From: the human T2T-CHM13v2.0 reference genome, Homo sapiens
Assembly: GCF_009914755.1 (NCBI RefSeq)
Contig: NC_060927.1
Length of the DNA: 64,000 bases
Strand: one strand, 5' to 3'
Shown here: piece after piece, positions 1-14,249 of the stretch
Layout: the number at the start of each line of letters is the position of its first letter
How positions within the stretch are numbered: the stretch's first letter is position 1
The notes under the pieces: generated by a model
The model's database searches: none
The model's input: only the letters and a program-made list of their open reading frames with translations
Told to the model about the DNA's origin: nothing
Made by a program: the position numbers and the translations under genes

Positions 1-288
1 GCAAGAGGGAAACAAACTTCAAAAGGAGCAAATAACAAAAGCCTCTTTTGCTGCTCTTGAAGGGAGGGGGGAAGGGGGAAGAAAGAAAAGAAAGTTGCTG
101 AATCGGGACATTCTGGAAGTGCCTTTGCTGTGTTTACTAGCCCCATCCCCGCCTGCTGCACCCGGAGACGTCTGAAGTCTCTAATCGCTCAGCGAAAAGT
201 TGGTTTCGGGAAGGGCAGCGCCGGGGTGCGGGAGGGCAAAGGAGGAAGAGGAATGCATATGACTGTGAGAAGGAAAAGTAATCGTGGC

Positions 289-342
289 AAAAAAAAAAAA
301 AAAAAAAAAAAAAGAAAGAAAGAAAAGAAAAAAGAAAAAAAA
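289..342 (+). repeat. A25 plus (GAAA)n purine tract upstream of promoter
   Basis: Read directly from the sequence. Confidence 0.95.
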
Positions 343-439
343 TTTCCGTGAGAAGAGGGAAAAAATTTGGCTAAAAAAAAAGTTGCTACTCCTGGCAGCC
401 CTGGTTTGTCAAAAGGGGATGTCAAGCGCTTTACAATAC

Positions 440-619
440 CTGGGATTGATGAGGCGGGCGGGCCAATGAGCTGCGCGCGGCGCCTCGGCGCGCCCTCCGT
501 TGGCGCGGCGGCTGAGGGCGGGGGGAATGCGGGCGCACCAATGGGCGCCAGCGTCGGCAGCACGTGACACCTCCCCCCTGCTCCCATTCATCAAGGGGGG
601 GACGGTGTCGTCCTTTCAA

Positions 620-640
<21 letters not shown>
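440..640 (+). promoter_or_regulatory. ZIC1 proximal promoter (TATA-less, CpG island)
   Basis: GC boxes (~453-461, ~517-525), CCAAT at 463-467 and 538-542, E-box CACGTGAC at 561-568. TSS near ~620 is inferred, not observed. Confidence 0.7.
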
Positions 641-2490
<1,850 letters not shown>

Positions 2491-2523
2491 TGATTTTTAG
2501 TTTCTGGCTTGAAATTATGGAAA

Positions 2524-2540
2524 ACACACACACACACACA
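2524..2540 (+). repeat. (AC)n microsatellite, intron 1
   Basis: Read directly from the sequence. Confidence 0.9.
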
Positions 2541-3699
2541 GGGCGGACGAGGAGGAGCTGGGTATATAGATTTTTTAAATGAGAAACAAAAAAGGTCGGA
2601 GAACAGGAAGCCAAACCTGGTTTGGCGGAGACCTTGGTGCTTTCGAAGCCGGAGAAAGTGGCTGGCTCCCGGCAGCCGCGGAGGCGCCAGCTGCTCAGGC
2701 TGCAGACAAATCTAAACCCTTGCTTGCTGCCAACATCTCTCTCCGTGCACTTCACTGAGGACTTTGCCAAAGGAAAGAGCTGAGGAAATTGAGGAGGCCG
2801 GGTTAAGGGCGTAGAAAGAAACAAAACAGAGACAGAAAGAATTGAGACAGAGTGGGGAAAGGAAATAATTTGGGATTGAGGAGGCTTTTGGAGCTTTATG
2901 CATATTTGAAGAGTTCAGTTTTAGTAGTGACTGGTTTTAAGAGTGGGTTTGAGGGGTGGAGAAAGTCCGAGGAAGGCAAGGAAGAACTTGTTGTCTATTA
3001 GACTCCATGAGGGTGTTTTCAAAACACCAGATTCCCCTCTTTGGCCTTTAAAAATAATCAAGACACAGGTCCGGAACAGTTAAAAAAAAAAAAAGTTCCC
3101 ACGAGCTCAGGGTTGTAGCCTGGCATCAGACAAAACATTCTGGGCCCCCTGCCCCCAAGAGGCCGGGAACTGGGTCTCCTTTCCTATTCTGATTTTCCCG
3201 GGTGAGATCTGAGAACCATGCTTGAGACTTCGGGTTTAACGCCCGAGTCAGGGAAGAATTTGCGGCGTTGAGTTCTCTCCGGCCCAGATTACGCTATAAA
3301 ATGTGAGTGTATGTAGGGAGTGGGGTGGGTTGGAGGAGGCGACCAGGGGATGCGGAGCGTCGGGGAGGGGGCAGGGGGAGGAGAGAAAAGCAATAGGGCA
3401 GGAGAATAAGCCGCAAACGTGAAAACTAGAAACCAGGAGCCAGGTGGAAGCAATCCGAAATCGTGTGTAGCTCTGGGTAATACGAGTTTCCAGATCTGAT
3501 GCTAAAAACCGACTCCTCCTACTATTAATTTTTTTAAACATAAAAATAAAATGTAGATCCAATTGTATTAGGGATTACAATAGAGTTAAGATATTTATAA
3601 TTCCACTGCAGATGTAAGAATTTATTGACGTTCCGGGTTTTTAAGCTTGCAAAGTGCTAATCCTGGGCTGCTGGCTTTTTGTTTTATTTTTTTTCTATT

Positions 3700-4804
<1,105 letters not shown>

Positions 4805-7800
4805 AATCAGAAACAAAACATCGAACAAAACCCTATTTAAGAGACTGATCACACACGTATACACAACATTACTGAAAGAACCCTGCGAATCAAAACAACC
4901 CCCACACAGACCCCGCAATCCTTTTTTAAAAAATCTGCCAATAGACCCAGGACGAGTAAGAGAGGAAGCATCAACCTTTTAAAAATTTCCTTTCGCTTTC
5001 ATTATTTTTCTTTTTTTGGCAAAGGCTTGGTACCCAAGGTGCGGTAGGGGGTCGAGGGGGAGGAGGCCACCTGACCAAATGCCGCCAACCCCGAGGGCCA
5101 GTTTCTTGTCGAATTGGTACGGGCTCTCTGGGGCTTCGGCTTCTTTTTTTCTTTGTTTTCTTGTAAATACAGAATTATTAGCTTAAAACTGTACTGTTGA
5201 ATTCTGTAAATAGTTATATCTCGGTTGGAGCGGGTGGGTGGGATTGTGGCGTTGTGGTCTTTGCATTGGGGGAGGGGGGAGGGACCGGATGGGCGGGGGG
5301 AGGGGGAGGGGGAGGGGTGGGCGGCCGAAAGCCAACTGTTTGTACTGAATGGCAAGAATGTTCTAGTAAATGTGTACCAAAATGTGAATTACTTTGTACG
5401 ATTACAGTCTCCACGTCGACCTAACCCAATATTATTGGTATTAATGTGCTTTTTTTGTATAAAGTGCAAACATTTCGTCCCAAAGTCTAAGTACTTTAGT
5501 GCAGTAAAATGTTGTTTCATGTCCTGTCAAGAATTCGTATAGTACGAGCCTGGATCTGCGTGTCAAACTGTTCCATTTGTTTATGTAAAGTGATATTAAA
5601 AAAGATATAAACTATAACTGTCCGTTACTTTTGGCAAAAGATACAACCACATAATGTATATAATTCCTAGTTTCCATATTTATCCGCATGTAAAGGGCCG
5701 GTTTATCCATGTTACAGCTCTTCAATATTTATGGCTAGAAGAACTCGTATGTACACTTTAGTTTCCAGAACTGTTTGGTAACCTTTCGTACCTTATTAAA
5801 GATTCTTAAATCTCCGTGATTGTGGTAGGAATTTCTTCTTCACCCACCAGCAACCTGCTGCCTCTTCTGCCAGTCTTAAAGGGTCTCCAGAAAAGCTCTC
5901 CAGTCTCCCTTGCCTTCCCTTTCTGTCACTGCAGGTCGTATAAACGTGATAAATGAATGCTACCCTGCTGGCTCTCCGAGAGAGTGTAATTAGTATTTAT
6001 ATCAAAATTTATGAAACAAATTTTCGGCCGCAGTATAATTTAAATGACCTTTGCAGATGTAGAATAACAACCATAAAAATAACAGGAATAGATTGCACAG
6101 GCGACATCAATATTAATGTAGACGAATTGTCAGAAGCTCAGGGGCTCGCTCTGCAACATTGCAAATGAACTTGCAGCCGAGGGTTCCGCTGCCCCCTAGA
6201 TTAAATTCCCCGGGCTGAAACTGAGTTGCAGATTTACAATATCATATTTTAAATTGCTGTCTTCAATTAAACCATTTATGACCATAACTAATTTTCAGGA
6301 TGTCGATGCATGCTTTTCCAGGCCTTCCTTCTTTGTACAAAAGTAAATGTCCATAAAGCGTTTCACTTATATTCTTCAAACATGATGCTAATTTAAATTA
6401 ATTACTTCCTATGATATGTTATTATTCCTATGATTTTGCCACTGTTATTAGTTCTCTCAAAAATACATCTAGGGAAGAGGATTATTTTAAGTAATTTGAT
6501 TATCTTTCTATCTCTTTTATTTATTTCTCATTTACTTAAGAAATTCGTTCCATTGGTTGGCATTGATACAGTAAATTTGTAAATGAGGAGACAATATAAA
6601 AAATCTAAATTACTTGTGCTTAATGACTGTAGCAGAATGCCTTTTCTCTAAATCAGATTGTCTTTCTTGCAGTTTAGTTTGATAGATTTGCAAGCTATGC
6701 TGCTTCCATGAAGTTAGCTGCGCTGGTAGGAACGCAGGCTTCTTTGTCTCTGGTTGTAGCTTGCATGATCGCCCCATTAGGCAGACAACGTAGCCGGAGA
6801 TCACAAATCAGGCCCTTGGCTGTAGTTGCTAGTGTGTGGAGGTGCAGAGCAGGTGGCAGAAACTGACCTCACTGGGCAAGGGTGGCCATGGACCTGATTC
6901 TTTAATGCACTCTATGTGTTCAGGAAGCCACAGGCCATATTTGACTCTGAGAAAGAAAACAAGAGGAAAAACCCCACAAAGTATAACAACCCCTTAAGAT
7001 ACATCTATTTTAAAGTGAAATTAATTTTTCAGTTTATACCATTGGCCAATTACAAGATAAAAATGTTCAATTTCTTTAAGAATCCTTTGTTGACTTGTCT
7101 TTTCATCTCTTGCTATTTATATTTGTCACTGTTTCAACAAAGTCTTATTTGCTGAGGAAGGACTTTGCTGCACTTACTGTACCACATCAAACACTGGGGA
7201 GGGTGGTGTTTAACTTTTTAAAAAATGTTATTCTGATTATAACAATAATATTGGCTTTTTTCATGAAAAGAGCGCCACCTTGCAAGGTTTAGTGAGATTT
7301 ATGGAAGTTGAATACCTAAGCAGGAATTGCTGCTAGCTCCAAAAATTTGCGAAGCAAAAGCTAGCCCCAATTGGTTTGGAAGTTTGAAACTGATTAACAG
7401 ATTTGCATTTGAAGTGACTCCAGACATTAGGTCCAGACATTAGTTAAAAATAGAAAGAGGAATAAAGACATCTCTTCTCTCTGGAAAAGATAACACCACA
7501 ATTAATAATCCTTCCCACTTTCATTGAGATCAGCTTGTCTGATAACCTGATATGAGTGTGATAATGATAAACATGATAATAGTGGTACTTTTGTAATTTT
7601 GCTGGTGCATTTAAGAAGATAGTAAATGATGAGTTCATCTTTTCTTCGAACATTCCTATTCCTAGATGTAGTTTACCTCAAATTGGGAATTATAACTGTC
7701 TAATTTTTGTTGTGTACCTGATGCCCCTTTTGCTTTAATACCACAGTGTAACAATTAAATATCACACTATGACATATGATTTAAGTAGGATATTTTAAAG

Positions 7801-7975
7801 ATAAATTTTAGGGGTAAATGTTTACTTCAAAATGACTCCATATTTCAAATATCTGTTTAGACTGTGAAGGCCAAATAATTTTTAAGAAAACATTTGAAGA
7901 GTAGTGTGTTTGCATTTGTGAATAATCTTACTCACAGCAAGTAAACGTAATAAAAGCCAACATTTAAGCCAACCC
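4805..7975 (+). other. ZIC1: ZIC1 3'UTR (short form to ~5815, long form to ~7975)
   Basis: Follows the stop codon. AU-rich with TGTA motifs; poly(A) signals at 5795 and 7949. Confidence 0.75.
5795..5830 (+). terminator. Proximal polyadenylation signal ATTAAA with downstream GU-rich element
   Basis: ATTAAA at 5795-5800, upstream TGTA (~5750), downstream gtgattgtggt. Confidence 0.6.
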
Positions 7976-7995
7976 TCCTGTGCATTCTCTTTTCC
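7949..7995 (+). terminator. Distal polyadenylation signal AATAAA
   Basis: AATAAA at 7949-7954 followed by ctgtgcattctcttttt. Position fits a ~5 kb ZIC1 mRNA as recalled. Confidence 0.65.
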
Positions 7996-10129
7996 AACAC
8001 CTATCACAAAGAAAAAGTCATTAATGATGTAGGTGGCCTAAAATAATCCTTCGAAGTTAAATGTAGTCTATTATTTTGCTGGTACCTTTAATATCTGCTT
8101 CTTGAGATGTATTCTTCATACTTTTTTTCATGGGCTATTAGGTTTTGAAATACATAAATGTGAACAGCAAAATATATTGTTAGACTCTCTTTAGCAGGAG
8201 CTGAAGATGCTGCAAATAGCTGTTTCCTGTGTGTAGCTTTAGATTCTGACTTAGGTAGAATGCTGTCCTGGTTCATTTTGCAATTGCATTGTATTCTGAA
8301 TACTATCAAATGATTAGAACAGCTAACAAGTTATTAAAAAGTTATGTTGTGTCAACAGAAAATGCCTGAGTACAAGCAATCATATTTGAGAAATGAAGAG
8401 AAATGAGTTGTGGTATGTGTGTGTGTGCATTTGTAGAGCAAGCATATAAATATACAAGCACCATTTATATGGGGGCTAAGTAATTTCAAACATTTCAGAT
8501 CCTTTGTTTTCTTCTTCAAAAGCTACCCCCAACTGCTTTAAGCGTTTGCAGCTGATGATTTTGATTTTTTAAAGTCAAGCATTCAAGTTAACCTTTAAAA
8601 AGCAAACCACCTCCAAAAGAAAGATGTAACCTTTCAATTGCCCCATCTGCTTATCTTTTTTTTTTCTTTCTTTCTTATTTTTTTTTTTTCCTGACAATGA
8701 AAGTAGCACTAACCTTCTTTGCTGATAGGCCTGGCATTTAGATGCTTTTATTGTGAAGTTTTCTCAGAACTTTTAAAGGGCTGGCCAGAGAATTATACCC
8801 TCAAGTACCTCACCTAGCCCCAAAAGCTTCCAGAAGTTTTCTTTTTGAGGCCAACATTAAATCAGTGTCTAGGACCCCTTGTGAGTCGGTGCTGTTGGAG
8901 TTGTTACCTGAGCATACTGCTTTTCAGGAAGTGAGTTGGAGAAGGCCCTAGACCTTAAAGAGAAGATTTAGTTTAAGATGTTATGAGGAGTTACTGCAGG
9001 TGGTCTGGCACACTCAAAATAAAGGAACTTGTGCCCTTGGCTGTGGACTAGATATAAAGACATCAGCTCTTACACATTCCCAAGTTACATTTCTTTTCTT
9101 TTTCCAACTTATAATACCGATTACAAATTTATCTCCTCCTCTCTAGGTACAGAGTTCTGGCTTCCTTGTAGCATCAAGTGTAGTTCTTAGAATCATGTGT
9201 TCGTATTTGTGGGGAAAAGCATTTTCATAAAGATAGTCACAGTTGATATCAACTGTTTTAGAATTATTGAAAATAGTGTTGGCAATGGAAAGATTGATCT
9301 TGTCTGTGCCGTCAAGCCGCTAAAGGTACAAGTTAGCCACGATAGTCTCTCTTTCGGCTTTTAACCACACTGTCCATCCTCTGTAATATGTACCATTTAA
9401 ACTAGTTAGATATAGAAAGTAAGATTATTATGGGTAACCATATAGCAATTTTTAAAAAATGATAAGCACTATTTTGGGGCAAGAAATACAAAAAATGTTA
9501 ACTTCTTATGTCACATTCAATCCTTTTCCTTAAAGTTTATTGCAAATACAATGGTGTAATAGGTGCAAAATATGAATAATGTTCTCCTTAAATCTATGCA
9601 AGGCTGGTTTGCTCCAGAGTCCCTTCCTTAGCAAGAGGAAACACATCAGGCCAAACCAGAGGCTATTTTTACTGTGGAAGCTGGGATCTGTCATCAGTTA
9701 CTAAAGTTGATATCCACTTTAGAGTGAAGAACTAAAACAGTGTGAAGTTTCCAACTGATGTTATATACCAAAGGTGAGTTTTTAAAAAATCGGGTTTAGC
9801 TATCTAGAGTGGAAATATCACTTGGCAGTGAAGATGCCACAGACTGACATTGTGTCAACTGTCCACAATACTTTGGCTGCCTCTGATGGTTGTCAGACAT
9901 CTCTGTAAGCATATCCAGGAAAATCCACCGGTTGTGAAAGTTACGCAGTGACATTTTCACCTATGGCACACACAAGAATCAACTATTGAGCGTGGGTATA
10001 AACATATTGGAATCACATCTTTAAAAACAACAATAGCAAGCAAACCCAAGCCGTCCGACCTTAGCAAACTTTAAAAAATTGTTATTTTACGTCTTTCTTT
10101 TGTGTAACAATGTCCATGAAGTTACAGTA

Positions 10130-11050
10130 AGCGGGAACACAAACGGTGAGAGAAGCTCGCATCGCGATTCCTTTTTAAACATTTTCCATTCATCCGCGAA
10201 AATGCTAGCCTCTGACTAAGAAAACTGAAAGTTGTGGAGAAAGGACAGGGGTGGGATGGAGTGCGTAAAGGGAAATTTTTGCATTGGTGGATTTATTGAA
10301 AGCATGGAAACAGTCTTCGGGGGTAGGTGTAGGGGGTGCAACAGCGAGACTTCCCCACAACACCTCCACCGAAGGCTGGGTCGTCAGCGTTTGAGGGACC
10401 CTCCCGCCACCCCGCAGCCTGGCGGGGCGCTTTCCAAATCGTCGCGGCAGGCTCTGGCCGGGCAGGGCGAGATGTGCGCATGCGCGGCCTGTGGCCCGAG
10501 GTTCCACGTGCTGATGAATATGCATGAGACTCCCCCGCCCTCGCGGGCTAGAGAGAGAACCAAGCAGAGGCTCCGGCCTGTGAAAGTCGCTGGCTAGGCT
10601 CCCAAAATAGTGCGGCGGGGTAGCTGCACGTGTTTGTTTTCAAACCGCGCTGGTTTAAGTGAGTTCACACTGCGGAGCCGACAGCAGAGGGTAGAGCAAC
10701 CTGGGGCTGCTGCCATTGGAACGGCGAGTTGAGCGGGCCTGTCAGGGCCTCTCCGCCGAGGGCCGGGGGCTGCATGGTGCTCGAGCCCCAGCCGGCCACA
10801 CCCCAGTGCATCGGGTGGCTGGGCTTCCAGTTTACACCGGGCCTACCAGGGAGGCCTTCTTCTCTTATCCTTTCCCAAGCCCGAGCTGCCGCCCCGGCTG
10901 TTCTCATATCCCTAGCCCCTCGGAGAAGACTTAGCCTACCCCTAGTCAGAGCTCAGGCCCCAGGTGACCGGGCAGCGGCTTGGGGGAGGTTCCCTAGGCC
11001 CTTCCCTCATCCCTTGCCCAGATCCAAGTCTGGGTGCCGGCTTGTCTTTG
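10130..11050. promoter_or_regulatory. Orphan CpG island with NRF1, E-box and GC-box motifs
   Basis: TGCGCATGCGC at 10475-10485, CACGTG at 10505-10510 and 10627-10632, CCCCGCCC at ~10533. Confidence 0.7.
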
Positions 11051-12049
11051 TCTTTCCGCCTCTCTCTCCCACTCTTTTCTCCTACTTCCTCTTGCTCTCT
11101 GGCATTTCCCCAGCCTCCCACCGCCCCATTTGAGATACTAGGAGCCATTTGCTTGAATGACTGTTCTAGGGTTTCCACTTGACCCTTTGCAAATAATACC
11201 AGTCAGCTTGCCTGTCTTGGAGTTGAAATGGTCCTGTTAAATCCAAACGTGCTTAGGTAGCGCAAACGTCGGGACTGGTGGAGGAACTGCCCTGGCCTAG
11301 AGACCAGAAAGGGTAGGGTTTGGTGAGAGACACCTGGGTTCAGTCGCTGGATTATTGCTTTCCTCTCTAGTGAAGTCCTTGGGGATCTGCATGGTATTTT
11401 GTGGCCAATGTGCTGACATTTCCAGAGTGAGCGTATAATCTTTCTAGGTGGAGTGGCCAACGCTTGTAAACAAAGGGGAGGGGCAACAGAGGGTCCCTGG
11501 GTCACTCTAACCTCTGACCGACTAACATCTACAGCCTTTGGGTGTTTTAGTAAGAATCCTGGGTCCCATAACATCAGAAGTGGTTGCCGACAGATTCCAA
11601 TCCTACTCTAGATTTTTACTTTCATTTGAACAGGTAGACCCACTTTGTGGAGCTTATCATTTCATTTCCCTCACTGGGAACAGGATGCCTAGGTCAGTGC
11701 CGGGCTCACACTGCAGTCTATCCCAGGGCCAGTTCCATCTGTGCCAGTTTTGGAATACCGGGACCACAGTATCAGTTCACCCGACAACTACCACTCCCCA
11801 AGCCTTCAGCGTGGAACCTGAGGACGCAGGGAGGGAGGCTTTGGAAATGTTCCTGCCAGGACAGTGCCTTTTTTCCTACCCAAACTCCCGAGTCTCCGAG
11901 CTCAATAACGCAAGGATGGCTGAAGAGCGTCTGCTCCATGTCTCTTTGCCGGACTCAACGACCCTCACCCACTGCCACCGAGTGCTAGGCCCACAGAGGC
12001 CTGGCAGAAGCCACTCACCCCTCACTACTCATGACTAGGAAGAAAGTGG

Positions 12050-13050
12050 CCGGGGCATGAGGGTTCGAGTTCTGTCCTAGGTCCCGGAAGCCAGGGCTCC
12101 CAGCGTCTAGTCAGGGGCGCAGAAACCCTCGTTCCTCCAAACCCCCGCCACAGGGACCACTCCAGAAGAAACCCATTCGTGATTTGGGTCCCTTTGTGTT
12201 TGAGTATTGTGGGGAGTGGGCTATCTAGACTCTAAGGACTCCAAGCTAACGATGACCTGTGTGGGCCTTGCTCTGAACAGAAAACTCAAACTCAGCGTGG
12301 GTTCCCGCGTCTTCCCCAAAAGGCCAAGGCCCAAAGAACCCTTTTCATTTGGCGAGGGGCTTGAGGAAGGGAGGGGCTGGGGCGGGAGAGGGTCGGGGTC
12401 TGCAAGCCAGCGGCCCGGCGCAGCGGACTTGTCCGGCTGCTCAGCTTGGCAGCTAGCGTCCGTGCCGGCAACGCTGTTACCCTCTCCTGGGCTGGAGAGT
12501 GGGGACATCCCTTCCCCGCCCCTAGGCGTCCCTGGGGTCGGCGCCAGAGCCCGGGAGCGCCGGAGGCTCTGGCTGGATGGCGGCGAGGAGGGCTCTGAGT
12601 CCTCTCCCGGCCAGGCCGAGCTTAGTATGTGGAGGCGGCGGCGGGAGTGCGGGCATGGACCAAGGGAAGGGGGACACCCAAACCGCATTGGTGCCTTCCT
12701 TTCCCTCCACTCGCGCCGTAGACCTCCCCAAATTGCCCGTCTCCGGTATGACTGAATCTGTCTGCTGGCCTCTCAGCTACCAACTCTGCCCGAAATCTAG
12801 ATCCCAGACCTGGTAAGTCGCGTTCCTCCCCTACCCCGCCCCGCCACCTTACTAGCGGACTCTGCCCGCGACAGCGTGCGCGCGCGTGGCCTGAGGCGCG
12901 CGCTGAGAAGTTGGGCTGATTTGGAACTGCTGCGCTAGTTCGGCCTCTGCCGCTGGGGTGTATACGTTTATACGCCGTACGCTCCAGGGTAGTCAGGAAT
13001 GTCGCGGGGCTCCCCAGTGAGGCGGGAGCGAAAAGAGTGCAGGCCCACTC
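12050..13050. promoter_or_regulatory. CpG island with consensus splice donor (candidate first exon of a + strand lncRNA)
   Basis: Dense CpG; CTG|GTAAGT at 12812/12813; GC boxes at ~12835-12845. Confidence 0.6.
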
Positions 13051-14046
13051 TTCTGGATCCTCTTGGCCCTGTTGACACCAAAGCCATCTTTTAAGAATAA
13101 GCTTTCTGCTGGTCTCTAAAAGGGGAAAGGGGCAGCGGGGGAAGAGAATTGTCCCTTTCCCTAAGCAGTTTCTAATCACTAAGGTCTTCAACAAAGTTTA
13201 CTGGGCGGTTTCCATTTGAATGCTGTGAAATTGTTATTATTACTATTTTAAGTTAAGGTTTCTAAGAGTCACAGCTTCTCAAATATACGTGCCTCTTGAG
13301 GATGCTTCGACAATTACCTTGTCCACTAACTGCACTTCCTTCCCACTGGAAAAAATAAACTTAATTTTTCAGTAGTTGCCTTAGGTCACGTCGTTTACAT
13401 GTCACTAATGTGAAGAAAGAAGTAAATAAAGAAAAACAACCTTGGCATTTCTAGTTGGAGCTCCGTGCGCTTTATTATTGAAATGTGAAAGATGGATTTT
13501 GGGGTGGGAGGGGGAGGTAGGGCCCTGGAAGAGGGCTTTTGAACCACGGTGCCCTGTTGCAAGGGGCTGACCTTTGGCTGACACGGCCACGGAGCGGGCA
13601 GTTCGTTAACGAGGATTTGATACATTAGACATTCGAGCTGGGCGTGTAAACCTACACTCTCAATCCAGATTTCGCTCAAATTAGTGTTCGAGGAAATGAT
13701 CTTTCTAAGTCCTGAGGCTTAATCAAGTGTCAGGCAGTCCAATTTCTCCCTGAAAAGGGCAGCGAAGGACACCGGGTAAAAGACACATTCCTAGATCCTT
13801 AAAAGCAAAACAAAACAAAGCCCCCCAAATAAAAACGACAACCAACATACAAAACAAAGCAAAACAACAAAACAGAAACATTTTTTGAATAATTCCTAAA
13901 ATCCTTTAAGTTGCCACTTTGAGGCAATGCTTATAAATAAGGTTAATCACCTCCTTTTAATGAATTCCGTTCTAAGAAATCCTAATACCAGTCAAGGCTG
14001 TGAAGACAGTGTCACAGTTACGACAATACTTTTTTTGAGATTCATA

Positions 14047-14088
14047 TGTGTGTGTGTGTGTGTGTGTGTGTTGTGTGTGTCTGTGTGT
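14047..14088 (+). repeat. (TG)n microsatellite, imperfect
   Basis: Read directly from the sequence. Confidence 0.95.
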
Positions 14089-14249
14089 TTCTGTTTTACT
14101 CGCTGGAGATACTAGAGTGTGACAATTTATATCCACCAGGCAGTGTGGCACATGGAAAGGGGATAGTCACAGGTTTTTAAAGCCTTTTGAAAGTAGATGC
14201 ATCTCTATTTAATTTGGTTCGACTTATTCCCAGACTTTGGAGCTCAGAA

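Noticed and set aside
7419-7443. Direct repeat tccagacattag x2
   Set aside because: Simple 13-bp slippage duplication with no further structure.
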